Below are positions 23,931 to 37,249 of a DNA stretch of 64,000 nt, piece by piece (positions within the stretch are counted from its first letter, which is position 1; the number at the start of each line of letters is the position of its first letter). Source of the DNA: Lama guanicoe (Eukaryota); assembly GCA_013239625.1 (NCBI GenBank), contig MU054120.1, positions 310,001 to 374,000 of the forward strand, in the 5' to 3' direction. The notes under the pieces were generated by a model that saw only the letters and a list, made by a program, of their open reading frames with translations, was not told where the DNA came from and searched no databases. The position numbers were made by a program, and so were the translations under genes.

Positions 23931-26558
23931 AACAGCAGGCCAAGCCTTTCTGTGGTCAGTGGGTGAGGAGAATCCTATTTCCCGTCTGACGGATGCCATG
24001 GTGTAGATCTAGGCAACAAGCAATAACTAGTTGTAAAATGTGCTTCCTAAGAGTTTAATAGGCTGCGTTTCTAAGTGTGCTTACGGAATGGCTACAGCAA
24101 TCAGGTAACAATGGAAATCTCTGGACGTCTCCTCTAATTCATTTACCCAAATAAAGCAAACGCCTTTCCAAAAATAAGACACAGGGTATTTTTCCGTCTT
24201 CTATTAAAACTTAAAGTTCAAAATATAAAAGGAAACAAAATGAAACCATCAGAAAATTCTGCCTCATACAAAATTTCTCATAAAGTTTAAATATACTGAA
24301 CAAAGTGTACTATGGATTTCACGATGATAGAGACAATCAAAAGCAGATGACGGCCTTACTAAGAACTTGTCAAATACCTTTGTCCCAACACAGCAAAGTG
24401 CTTAGCAGCTAATAAATGTTCAGTACAATTAAATAAATGGGCTAAAATTACCTGGTGCAACATAGATGACTAATCTATTAATAATGACTTCATTTTGTGC
24501 TCTGCACACACACCTGAAGTAGTTTGTCTTTTTCAAAACAAGGTGGAGGAACAAAAATTCAATAGTCATTTGTTTTATCAACTATTTTCATATAATGCCA
24601 ATATGATCATAAGACTCAGTTTTATACAAACAAATGATTATAACCTTTATTATATAAACATACCATTAACGGCACCAAGAACGCTACGTTTAAAAAGCTC
24701 CCATGTGTATAATCAGTATTTTTACTTAGTATTGTTATATAAAGTTCAAAAGTTAAATAAAGAAATACAAAGAAATATGTAAGCTTGATATGTAAAAATC
24801 ATGTTGTCAAGAAAGTAACTTAACATAAGATCCATAAAAATTAGAATTGGCAGGAGTGTGAACAATATATTTTGTACTTAATTTGTTTGGTTTTCTTATT
24901 GTTACTACAGTATTAAATCCTTAAAAAAAATCACTATCCAAGTAATAGAGGCAGCTGTGTTTATCACATAAACCTCTGAGAAAAGAAAACCCAAATGCAC
25001 AGACTTGCCCACCACGAGCACAGGCAAGAAAATGGCTGAAGGTGACTAACCTTTGCCAAGGTTACAAATTCTCAAGAGTAATTCCAAAAATGTGGTAATA
25101 TGAGGGTTTTTTTTTTTTAATTCCAGTTTCCAAAATTCAACAATTTGGGCACAAGAAATAGAGAGGAATAGTCTCAGGGGAAAACCTTGATAAATAACAT
25201 GTGTGCTCCTGGAACAGGTTATTAGTTCTGCATTTGAAACATGACAATGAGTTCCTGGCAAGGAATCTGTTTATAACATTATTCCCAAGTTCCATGCAGT
25301 GTTCGCACATTTCCCTTGTGAGATCTGATTTTTTTTGCATTATGACTAAGGAGTGAAAACTGAGTTAATGGGGAAAACCCAAGTTTTTTCATCTGAATAA
25401 AAAGTGCAAGAAATTGCGCAGAGCAGAAAACTCATATATATACATACACACACACACACACATTTGGGTGAGAAAAAGCAGTGAACTAGTCAAAAGACAC
25501 TAATCAAATGCCTCACAAACACAATGGAAATCTTTTAATGGATTGTCTCGTTTGGATAATTTTTTTTCCCTATTCTTTTCCTGGAAAGAGTACTGTAATC
25601 TTAACATTCACTTAGCATAATTGACTGTGATCTCATTATTTTCTGAATTCTAGAGTTATAATGGAGTTTGAAATCAGCATATAATAGAAGAAAACAACCC
25701 AAATTTATTCCCAGAGTTAATTATCCCTCAGAGTTATAATGTAAAAAGAAGTCTTTTTTAAACCTCGATAAGCATAAAAGGAAAAAAGGCTTTAGTTAAA
25801 TCTGCTTTCATAAAATAATTCCTCTGAGGTTTCAATACACCACAGGAAAACATAATGGAGGCAGAGGGGCCCTAAACACAAAATATACGAGCATTCTACC
25901 ATTTCAACAGACTGCCCTCTTTTTGCTGATGACAGTGGCTCACTAACAGAACAGAATTACTCTAAGCATGTTTTGAGTATAGGGAGCATTTAAGACTGTT
26001 CCTTCTAATGACTATAACTCAATAAAAAAATGTAAAAAAAAAATTCAGAACTTACAAAAAAAAAAAAAGCTGTTCCTGTTTTGACTGTTATCCAGTCAGT
26101 AGGTATACTCATCCAAGACAGGAAACATGTTGAGAGAGAGAGTCCTTTGAAAACAGCCTCCTCGCTCAGAACTTCTGATTCCTCCTCGCTCCCCACCATC
26201 AACCCCAGCACACACATGGCCTCCAGCTTTCTGTTAAACGCACCAGCATTTGCCAGTGACGCAGCTCAAGCTCAGAGGCAGCAATGCCATCTCCCCTTCC
26301 TCACCATCTAGTCAAATGACCAATCCTTGACAAGGAGTCAAATCCATCTCCTTCCCTTCTCTCCCACAGGCACCATTTTACTGCAATAAATTTAGTGGCT
26401 TTCCAATTGTTATACCAGCATCCAATTTCTTTACCTGAACAAAGCCTGAATGTCTTTGCCAAATTTGGACAGTTCGTACAAGCTCAGGCCATGGCACACT
26501 ACGAGGCCAGTAACCCCTCAGCGACGCTTTCCAACACTCACATTCCATGGCCACATGT

Positions 26559-26742
26559 GTGCAGTCCGTGCCTTCACCTCTCTCAAGTCTTTCAGAGATA
26601 ACAACAAACAAAGGGGGGAAATTATAATCTGTGGCAGCTTTTCTCAGCTGGCGTTATCGGAACCATTGAACACAGGGAATGATTTGAGTTACCATTTTCT
26701 CAGTTCTCCCAGTGATGTTACATAAACATTACTCACTTAAAT
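26559..26742 (+). repeat. Dispersed direct duplicate of 14873-15061 (L2 flank plus half of MER112)
   Basis: Hand alignment is colinear over ~180 bp with about 22 substitutions and a few indels. Both copies share 'gagataaca.caaa.aaagggggg' and 'gatttgagttaccattttct'. Confidence 0.9.
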
Positions 26743-26829
26743 CACCCTGTTGGTCTCTGATTTCCCTGTGTGGACGCGACTCTCTTGGCATCATTTTACT
26801 GCTAAAACCATCTAAGAATCAGCTGAGCT

Positions 26830-27031
26830 GTAATCTTTCCATTGGTGGAGGGTTTGAAATTTTGGAAGAATTACCAATATGTGACAGAGAATCACAAAGT
26901 GAACAAATGCTGTTGGAAAAATGGTGCCATAGACTTGCTCAAGGCAGGGTTGCACAAACCTTCACATTGTAAAAACATGCACTATCTGAGAATCTCAATA
27001 AAATGAAGCACAATAAAACAAGGTATGCCTG
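26830..27031 (+). mobile_element. Tigger1-derived fragment (3' end with TIR)
   Basis: 'gaattaccaatatgtgacagaga...gctgttggaaaaatggtgccatagacttgctc...cacaataaaacaaggtatgcctg' followed by the TA target. Confidence 0.85.
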
Positions 27032-27283
27032 TAGTAAGAATCAGAGCAGAGCCAGGATGTGAACCCACATGCTCAGGATCCACAGTCTGTGCTCTTAACT
27101 AACAAAGAATAGGCAGGGACACCATGCATCCAAAAGGAGCCACAGAACAGATTACAACCTACCTCGACCATCATATGCTTATCATGGGACAAAAATGAAC
27201 ACCTCAAAGGGGCAAACCCCCAAGAACTGACCTCATTTCACCCTGGCACAAACCACTCTATTCTCAAGCTTCCCCTAATCTCA

Positions 27284-27715
27284 GTGTCAGTCAGGTTGCT
27301 ATAGTAAACTACCATGAACTTAATGGCTTAAAACAATGCAAATTTATTATCTTACAGTTCTGGAGGTCAAAGTCAGAAATCTTACTGGGCTAAAATCAAG
27401 GTGTCAGTGGGAGGCCAAGGGAAGAATCTGTTTTCTTGCCTTTTCCAGCTCCTAAAAGTCACCCACGTAACTTGACTTGTGGCTGTATCCTCCATCTTCC
27501 AACTACCTCGGTCGGGCTGAGTCCTTTTCAGGCTTCCACTTCTCCCTCATTCATCAGGTCCCTGGTGATTACACTGGGCCCATACACACAAGCAGAAGGA
27601 TGATCACAAGGTCGTTTGAAGAGCAACCTCAATTCTCCCTCACCACGCAACCTAACATTCGCAGGGTGAAGGGACTGGGATGTGGGGAGCCATCAGTCTG
27701 CCTTCCTGGACACAC
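27284..27715 (-). mobile_element. MaLR LTR (MLT1C/D-like)
   Basis: 'ggcttaaaacaatgcaaatttattatcttacagttctggaggtca', 'gggctaaaatcaaggtgtc' and 'gtgattacactgggccca'. Confidence 0.8.
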
Positions 27716-27919
27716 CACGCTGTGTACATGAACTTGAGATTAAAGACAGAACATAACCATGCAGTCGGTCTGGGCAGTGTTCCGGACAAACGCACAATAC
27801 AACTTGGTAAATGTATCACTCTACTCTTATAATTAAAATACGTAGCAATCCAAATACAAAAAGGAAACTTGGCCAATTAAATATAGCTTCTGACAAGAGC
27901 ATGGACTGGTTATAAGGAC

Positions 27920-28100
27920 ATCTGACTGCCAAGTCCCTTTCTCCCTGGTGACGCAGCCTTGAGCAAGGCGCTGACGGTGCTGAGCGCTGATGTCTCATCT
28001 GTACGGTGGGGGCAATAACCCCCGACCTGCTTGACACCAGGATTGTATTGAGGATCAAATTAGATTAAGTTTTTATGAATACCACAAAGAAAGTTTGAAC
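27920..28100 (+). mobile_element. MIR
   Basis: 'ccttgagcaagg...tctcatctgtacggtgggggcaataac...ggattgtattgaggatcaaattagat'. Confidence 0.55.
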
Positions 28101-30271
28101 ACGAGAAGTCCCAATAAAAGCATTTTTGTTCAAAATATAATGATTTTTAAAAGGGTGCAAATGACAAAGATAAAGAATAAAAGTCTATTACTACAGCCTC
28201 CGTGTTTATTTTAAAACCAACATTCATACAAGTAATAATAACATAATTTGGTTGTTATTACTGAAATTTATCTTTTACTATCTATAAAGGAAGGGCTTAT
28301 GTTCAGCTCTATTTTATACACGGAGACATTGGAGCTTACTCTCTTGCCCAAGATCACACAGAAGGTGGAGTCACAGAAGGACTAGAGGCCAGAACGGCCA
28401 ACTTTAAAGTCTGTTCTATTTTTGAAAAAGGATTTAAACACCAGACAAGCCAATATTCCCATTCACATTAAGATCCACTAATTCCACAAGCGGCATGACT
28501 TGGAGTGAGCAGACAGAAGAAACCGTATTACACACCGAGGGCACTTACACGGCAGCTCTGTTGGCAGAGTCCTCCGGTCCTTTGGTTTCCAAGATTCCCG
28601 TGTCTAAGGTTTCACAGGAAAGCATCACATCTTAAGATTGGCTCCTAAAAGAATCAGAGATGAGAGTAAACACCTAAGTACTGAGATGCATGCCAAAAAA
28701 AAAAAAAAAGGTCTCTAAATCCAGCTCCATCTTTGGATAGCACGTAGCTTTATTGCACTGGCTAAAACTGCTGTCAGCCTTTGCTAAAGCTCCAAGGTTT
28801 TATTTCAAGACCCTCTTTCGATATGGGCAGATTGTTTAGTTAAATCACTTCACATCACCACTAACCCGTGCTCACTATGGTACCTGCTTTTCTTCGTGCC
28901 TGCCCTTACATTTTCGGTCCTAAATCATACTTTCCGAAGTGCACAGGAGTGCCTACAGAAACATCAGAGTCACTTCAGTCCAATGTATTTGGGACTTCAA
29001 AACAATTACTTGTCTTTAACTTTGAGAAGACTTTTTCTTCCACCTTTGGTAGGATAATGAATAAATGTGTATATGTATATGAACATTCATAAAGCAGTAA
29101 CTTGAAATTTTTACATAAATACATTAAAACTCTATTTACATTAAATTTATTAATTTAGAAAACTGAAGTCGGTTAATTCTTGTAGAATGCTAGCCTAGTG
29201 TCTGGCAACAAAATAAGAAAAAGAAGAATACAATAATTACAAGAATTATTATTTCTGCTACTTAAGACAGTGAAAAACATTAGTTTGTATAGATGAATAA
29301 ATATTAGATCTTTGCTGATTCCTGACTTTAAAAATACAAGATTTACTTGACTACGTAAGTCCTGTTTGTCTTATTATTAAACCAATGTAATTAATAAACT
29401 CTTGGATATGATCCAAAAAAAATCAGATTGTTTTCAGTAGCAGAGTGCAGTGCAAAGATTATTTAAATATGGTTCACAGGAGCAAAGACTAAGAGGAGAG
29501 AATGGAGGTAACACAATGTCATTGAGATAGGACCTGCAGTGTTACCTGGCGTGACCAGAGAACTCTGACATTGTCATCTAAAATGGAAGGAATTTTAGCC
29601 TGGCAGGCAATATGCTGACTGTGGAAGTTCCAACACTATAATAAGCAGACTAACTATGGACACATAACTGTCTCATTTAGTAAATATCCCATGGAAACTG
29701 GTCAATTCCACATGCAAAGAACTTCCCTGTAGTGACAAATTCTTCTGAATTCAGAATCAGCACTATAATATATTTTACAAAATTACTGGAATTATACCAC
29801 AATAAGTAAAAGTTATATGATAAAGTTAACATGTCTAAGGACATAACATCTTACTACAATTAAATTAATTTCTTGCTTCACTGACCACCACTGAACTACA
29901 TAATTATGAATTTATTTCATTTATAGACACGATGATATACTGGTATTTTTGTTATAATCCACTCTATCTGCATAATTACATTCCTTACTCCATGCCTAAA
30001 AAGCAATGTCTCTCTTATTTTGATTCTCATGTGAGATAAAATAATGTTTCTAAATTTGAGAATTATGAGATAAGGAAGTTTTTTTTCCCTTTTCTTTGTA
30101 TCTTAACAATAAACTTATTTTAACAACTTGAATTTAGAAAATCACAGATTTTACTCTAGAACATCAGAATATCAGAATTAATTTCAATTTACAGCATTTT
30201 GTTATGCAGAAATGGAGCAGCAAGAGTTTTCTCATTTGTTTCAATGTGCACCTTTACTATTATTATTTTGT

Positions 30272-30475
30272 TTAATTGAAATATAGTTGATTTACAATAC
30301 TGTGTTGGTTTTAAGTGTACGGCAAAGTGATTCAGGTATATATTTTTTCTCAGATATTTGTCCATTATAAGTTATTACAAGATATTGAATATAGTTCCCT
30401 GTGCTATGCAGTAAATTCTTCTTGCTTATCTATTTTATATGTAGTAGTTTATATCTGCTAATCCTAGACACCTAA
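30272..30475 (-). mobile_element. 5'-truncated L1 3'UTR
   Basis: 'attgaaatatagttgatttacaat...attgaatatagttccctgtgctat'. TSD tattattttgt at 30261-30271 and 30476-30486. Confidence 0.88.
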
Positions 30476-33400
30476 TATTATTTTGTAACAGAAACAAAGA
30501 CACCTTAAAAGCTATGTGTTTGAGAGCTGGTATGTTTTTCAAAAAAGGACTAATTTGACGGTTATGATCATATCCATTAAATAAAATTTTTTTTTTAAAA
30601 AAAGAAGTTGTTAAAATGAAGTAAAATGCTTTCTGTTTGTTTTGGCATGCCTTTTGACCTTCTGGGTAACCTTCATCTTGTACAAAAGCTAGCCTGTGTG
30701 ACCTTCTGAAACACGCACGTCTAAATCACAGATAAGTTTCACAAGGGCGTTTACTTATTGAAAAAAATAACTTGTGTTGTAGCTCTCTTACTATAAAACC
30801 ACTGCCAAAAGCTTAGGCGTGCTTCTAGAAAAGTCCAGAAGCTAAAAGAAATTCCTTGATCCATTATACTGAAAATCAGCACAAAGACCCCTGAAAGGTT
30901 ATGCTAATGTCCAATCTCTTACTCAATTATCAGGTAGAAAAAAATATGATATTTTTAATTCTGTTAATTTCAGAGGTTATTATTTAGATCATTTACATGG
31001 GCGTATTTTTTAGAAAGTATGAGCAGCTATTTATTTTAATATTCCACAGTGTCATAAAGTTCTGTGTTCAGTGTTTGGTCATCTCAGACTTAACGGACTT
31101 AACGAATTTTAGTTGCAAGTAAAATGCATTACCTGGAGTTCTTGATCTTTTTAAACTCATGCACTAATTTTAATTAAGACATAAATAAAATGTATTTTCA
31201 TAAAGGTGTTTATTAAAGGGGCTAAGAATGTGTGGTGTAGAGGAGGGACATATTATTCATGTTTACACATAGTTGGTTATTACCTACTGAGTGATAAAAA
31301 TGAAAAATTATATCAGCTAAACCAGAGAATTTTATTGATATATTTGACAAAATGAACGAAGTCCTCCAAAAATAAGGAACTGTTTCAGAAAACACAGTAG
31401 AGCTAAAAAGAATATTTAATACTATATAAACCCACACTCAATTTTTCAGAAGAAACAGCAGATAAACCTACTCTTCTGGGAGAGTTTTTCCCTTTAACTT
31501 GACAGCATCATCCAATCATGTCTGTAAATATTCAGTGTTCATTAGGGCTTAAGAAAAAGTTCCATGAATGAATTATTCACTAATACCTCAATCATAAGCC
31601 CCTACTTTACGACAGCAGTTAGCATCAGTAATAAAGAAAAAATAACTGAGAACCCACCTATTATTTTCTTTTAAATCTCTTTCTCCTTTCCTCTCCTCTC
31701 AAGTGCAGGAAGCATGTTTGTTTTGGAAGCAACTAGCAAGCACTACAAACGGAGAACTTGAAGCGGGTGATAAACGATCAAGGCGAAAATGCAAAATCAC
31801 ATCAGCTGAGAAGTGGCTGACTGCCCCAAGGCTGAAGAATGTGAGGGCGTTAGGGCAAAGCCAGAGTAACATTCCGTCTGCTGTTAAATGACAAGCATGA
31901 GACACCACGTCACACTCTTGGACATCCAAAAACAACTCCACTATTTTACGTTTACACAACCACCAAAGGTGATCTTTGAAAGTCAAAGGAGGCAGATTCT
32001 CCAAAGCGTTGCTGCATAAAACCACAGAAACACTCATTACAGCTACTGCATGCACCCATGTTCACGCCTGAATACAAGAAACCCCGCTGCAGCCCTGAAT
32101 AAGTAATGTATAAACAAATGCAACAAAATTGCATAAGTGACATCTAAGGCAAGGACTTAAACCATCTTAGGATAAACATGAGAAAACAGGAGGACAGAAA
32201 TCTGTGCTTGCAGCTACTGAATGCACAATCCTTGTTCAGACATCTCCGTTATGGCGATGTAAATCGTCTGCCCTTCTAACTGAGGAAGTCAAAGATGAAA
32301 GACGGTGGTATTGAAAATAAATATGATTTATTTAGTATCGTGCTGAAAACTAACCATGAAGAGGGAGAAAGCCAAACACGTTGCAAAAGCACGTCTTAAT
32401 CAGCCTGTCTTGTGTGTGCGCGTGTGCGTCATCAGCCTTAGTGTACCGTGTTTCCACGATGCAGGTGGAGGGGGTCCTGGGGGCAGCCGGCAGGGGGAAA
32501 TGTGAAAGAAGCAAAATGTATAGGAGCTTTCATTAGCTGTAGTCTTCCCAACAGCCACATTTACATTTACCTATTATCCTATGAAACAAAGTGTGGCGTA
32601 TGAATAGGGTGGACAAATACGGTGTGGTGTTCTTAACAACGTGCCTCCAAGAACCCCAACCAGATGGAGTGTAAGTGACCAAGGGCCCCAGTGGCTGAGC
32701 TTTAAAACCCACTGTTGGATTTGCACAGAAGCCACACTTTCCACAGGCTGCCCCCAGCCTGCGCCTGAGCACAGCAGGGACACGAGAGCAGATGGGTCCT
32801 GGGGTAGACGGGACTCCTCCGATGACTGCTTTCAGCCAGGGGGGGCTCCCACTTAGCATTGCCTAGTGTATGCTGGATGTTCAACAGTTATCTTTGGGGA
32901 CAATAAACCATGGTTATTATTGAATTGTCAAAGCCCAGATTGCTGCATAAACACCAAAAATTAAACTCAGCGTGAAGCTTGGTTTTAAGGTGATTTTTTA
33001 GCTTCCTAACGTAATTTTCGGAAGCTGAAATACAGTAAATGGGTTCGAAAACTACAGAGAGACGGATTTTTGTTCCATGTGAATATAGACTCTGATAGCA
33101 GTGTTTAAAAGTTAAACGGGCTGCTGAACTCCTCTCAGTTACTCGCTGATGCTACCAGCAAACCCCATTTTATAGGACAGGGAACTCTAGGCTTGGAGAA
33201 GCCAAGTTTTCAGGAGCCAATATTCCAGCCTCAGTTCTGCTCACTCTTTCCACAACTTCCATGCAGTTAGACACTTTATCTTGCACGACAAGAACCTGAA
33301 TGCTTGGACTATGTGATATGTGAAAACAACACGGTCTTACCTAAGCACGCTGATAACTGCAAGACAAATTAAGAAACTTAAATGAGGTCTGTAGATTTGC

Positions 33401-33559
33401 TTGTTCCACAATGTGTGAAAAAGAAAGATGGCTCATGGAAAATAAAAGAGACACAGTATCATCAATGGATTTTCTCAGAAAATTCACCCAGTTTTACTAC
33501 TGGAAGTGTTTTCCGCTTGGTTCCTACTCTCCACCTTACCACACCCCTCTGGGTGTCCT

Positions 33560-35100
33560 TCCCACTATTTCTCCCTGCATCCTCTAGAGCTCCCATTTTT
33601 TAAAAATAAACAGATTTTCTAATTTCTAACCTAGATGTTAATTCCCTATCTTTAGGCCCCGAACAGAGGCTCGGCATAATCCTAGTTCCATTCTATGTCT
33701 GATTATCATTACTTTTTCAGCTCATACAAAGAAACCTTTCTTCATTTAAGTTCATACCTCCACGCTGTAATACCCAGAAAACTAGAATCTACCAGCCTTC
33801 AGATCATTTCTTCAAAATCCATTTCTCTTCACTCCAACGTTCCCACCATAATCAATATTCATGATCAATACCCACGCACTGTGATCAATAACCTAGCCAG
33901 AAAGTTCACCACCTCCACTTACACTCTCATTTCAGTAACTCACTTCCAACTCAAAGCTCATGGCCACTTTGAGTGCCTGTACCACTGGTGTCGTCAACAT
34001 TGACATTCTACTTTCCCATTAGTGTCCCATCTTTTATGCAACATTAAAAATGTCATTTCCATCAATCCTGTTCTGGAATCTTCTTGAAATCTCCCACTGC
34101 TTTGCAACTTACATTCTTCCCCCAAACTGTCAGTCCTTTTCTAACCCCGGTATCTACTCAGCTGCAAGCTGATTGTCATTCAAATCCCAGTTCTGCTACT
34201 TATTGGTAAAGCGTCTCGGGAAAAATTACCTAAGTTCCTCAGTTTGTTTCTTAACAATGGGAATAATACGTCTATTTCCTAGGAAAGAAGGGAATAAAAG
34301 TGGCAATGTAATAATGTACTAAGCACAACTCCTAGCATGTTAAGTACTCAGTAAATATTAACATCACCTGTGATCACCAGTGTTCTCAAGTCACTCACAC
34401 CTCTGTCTTCCTGCAAGAAGGAGTCTGAAAATTCCAAACTTAAGATGGCCCTGCAGTGAGAGTACTAAGTAGAGCCTTAAAAAAAATGGATTAACCACAC
34501 AGATTGATGCCAAGGTTCATTCATAGATTTCAACTTCAGCAAGGCTCTCAGTGCCTCTCCAGTAAGCTTACTCACACCTCTGGGATCTCCCTCTCCTTTC
34601 CAACACAGTTCTAAACGTCGTCCCCCCCAAGTTTCCTAACCACCCTGTCATCACCTGTGGTTGACCAGGCTTCCTGTTCACAAAGAAAGTGAAAACCATC
34701 AGGCCGGACATGAAATCTCATGTCTTGTTCTCACCTGTGTGCATTTCTGCATCTCTGTTAGTCCTTCATGCACTCCATCCTGCCCTGGTGGTGGATGTAA
34801 GCCCTGGTCACCAAACAGGCCTCCACCCGCCTGTGGTAAGTTCTTCATCACCTGGGATGGCTTTCCCATCGGACGTAACCCTTTCCCCTTCATCCTCCTT
34901 GACTGTCACTTTTCCCTAGCTCTAAACGTTCTAACAACACTGAATTAAATTCAGTTTTCAGCTCATCCCAAGCTATTTCACACGTGCATCTTTACTGCCT
35001 TAGTAGGTGTCAATGCCTACCAAGGAATCCTCTCCCCACTTTTCTATTAACAAAGCTCCTACTTATTCCTCAAGACCCAACTTAAGAAGCCCTTTTCTGT
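33560..35100 (+). mobile_element. L2 fragments, interrupted by MIR
   Basis: Pyrimidine-rich L2-type sequence, e.g. 'ccatcaatcctgttctggaatcttcttgaaatctcccact' and 'cttattcctcaagacccaactt'. Confidence 0.45.
34160..34370 (+). mobile_element. MIR
   Basis: 'ttcaaatcccagttctgctacttatt...cctcagtttgtttc...aatgggaataatac...taagtactcagtaaatatta'. Confidence 0.65.
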
Positions 35101-36239
35101 GAGAGGGAGAGAGAGACGAAGGAGAGGATACTGAGAAGTACTGACAGGATGAGGAACTCCCAAGAAAAGGGATCATAGGGAAGCTCACAGTATCTACAGT
35201 TGATGGGTGAGTTTCAATTATACCGGATTTCTCACTGGACGTCCATCTTTCACACACATCTCCACTTATTTCATGAAAAGCATTTCCATGGCTCTCTGAC
35301 AGCTAAGAAATGAGTCTTAAGCCTTTCAGATGAGCAGATAATTACAAAAATATCTCCAATGGTCAGGAAATTACCAGTTTTCCATCTGTTTATGAACAGA
35401 TTTTGAAAGGGGAGGGCAGAAAAAAAAGTCAAGCTACAACACACATTTGTTGGTGAGAAAATAAAAACAATTAAAAAAAAAAAAAGACCATCCACTTCGA
35501 CTTTTCTGCACTTTAAAGTACCAATTACTTGTAACATGATTATAATGCAGGCCTAAGGTAACTTCTGAAACTAAAATTTAGGATTTTGTAACCTTTGAAG
35601 TACAAGAAAGCCAGGACCTAAGTTGTTATAACATCTGGTTAAGTTTCACATTTGCTTTGCTTTGCTTTGTTCGCCTTAAAAAAAATTTTCATTGTTTGTT
35701 TGATTCTGACCATTCAGCTTTATTAAGTCCTGAATGATATAAATTCTTCTGTTTTACTGCTGTTTAGATTTTATGCCAAATGTTAGCAATGTATGAAGCC
35801 AAATAGTGAAACTTACCAAATACTCTCACTATTTCTAGTTCAGAATCTCCCACGGGCTCAGAGTGGCGGCAGGAGAGATGCTGCTCTCAAAGGGCAGTGC
35901 AGCCATCACCTTCATGGATATTATTATTATGGACAGATGTAGGTCACGGTGGAGACAGTTCCTAAGTCACCTTCCAAAGATGAAGTACAGACGTGGCATT
36001 TAGTAAATTTTCAAAACCTGTTAGGTATAACGTCACAATTTTCTTCAGTTCACCAAAATTCCCTTCGTGCAGTGGAAAGGCTACTGGAAGACCAATGTTT
36101 TCAAACCGTTTGGCTTGATTACATTGTTGTGGTACCACTTACCTAGCGCTATTTTAAGCATCTTCTTGGGTTACAGTAAGCTATAGCGTACATCTAATTA
36201 CATTTGTCCACAGGAAAGTAAGTACATGTGAACCCTGCT

Positions 36240-36437
36240 CTGTAATCTACTTAATAAAAGGCACTGTGTTTTTCCTTTGTAGCATTTATCAAAATTGTTA
36301 TTACACAGTTACTTACATTTCTAAATGCCTTTCTCTTCCCCAATAAATTCCAAAAGGGCATGTGAATGTGCTATATATGCAGCACCTAGCTCAGTGCCTA
36401 CAGGGCCCATGAAAGTTTGATGAATGAATGAATGATC
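36240..36437 (+). mobile_element. L2 3' terminus
   Basis: 'cagcacctagctcagtgcct...gtttgatgaatgaatgaatga'. Confidence 0.6.
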
Positions 36438-36519
36438 ACTTAAAGAGATAACCAAATTTATATGCATTTACGTATGACACTTAAACTCATGCTGAAACGT
36501 ACACATAGTTCAGAGACTT

Positions 36520-36770
36520 GTAGGATGTAGTACAGTGTAGTGTGACAAAGCACAAACTTCCAATTCAAATGGAATAGATTTAATGCCAGGTCTGTTACTT
36601 AATAGATTGTGTGCTCAAAGACAAGTGGAATGAACTAGCGTCTAACCCTCTGTTTCCTCATCTGTAAAATGTCAACAATTGCATTTGATCAAATATTAAA
36701 AATAATGCACACAAAAGGATGCAGCACAGTCCATGGCATGAAGCAAGGTCTAATGTGGTCGGTAATATTA
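36520..36770 (+). mobile_element. MIR
   Basis: 'ctctgtttcctcatctgtaaaatg' core and 'cagcacagtccatggcat'. Confidence 0.6.
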
Positions 36771-37249
36771 CATATTAATATTTAATATATCTTTTGAGTG
36801 AATTATATTAATCTAAATTATCCAAGGGCTTTTAAAAATTGCCAACATAAATCTATTTTGAGCACATGTTAGCAGTGATAACTCATCAATAATTTACAGC
36901 ATTAAAATGAATTTTCCCAGTTATTATAAACAGTTTCAACAAATTATTTTCAATTAAATTTCATCATTCGTTACTCTGTACCTTCCTTCCAAATTCTTCA
37001 CAACCATTCAAGGATCTTTCTCAGCTGGTCCTCGCAATCACAATCTTAATACAAGGTTAGTTCTCTGGCCCAGATCTGCATGCTCTTCCCCAGTCAACTT
37101 TCATTTCATTGTTGCTCTTATATTTCGTAACTTCAACCCTTGTCAGCGGAAAAAACAGTCATCCCTGAACTGGATTGTCCTTTCTGGACTGTACCTTCTT
37201 TGAGGCGCTATCCTCTGCACAAAGAATTGGATCCCATCCTTAACTTTAA

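Noticed and set aside
33336..33380. Possible 16-nt minus-strand micro-exon (ttgtcttgcag|...|gtaaga)
   Set aside because: Frame-shifting length and no support beyond the splice-like words.
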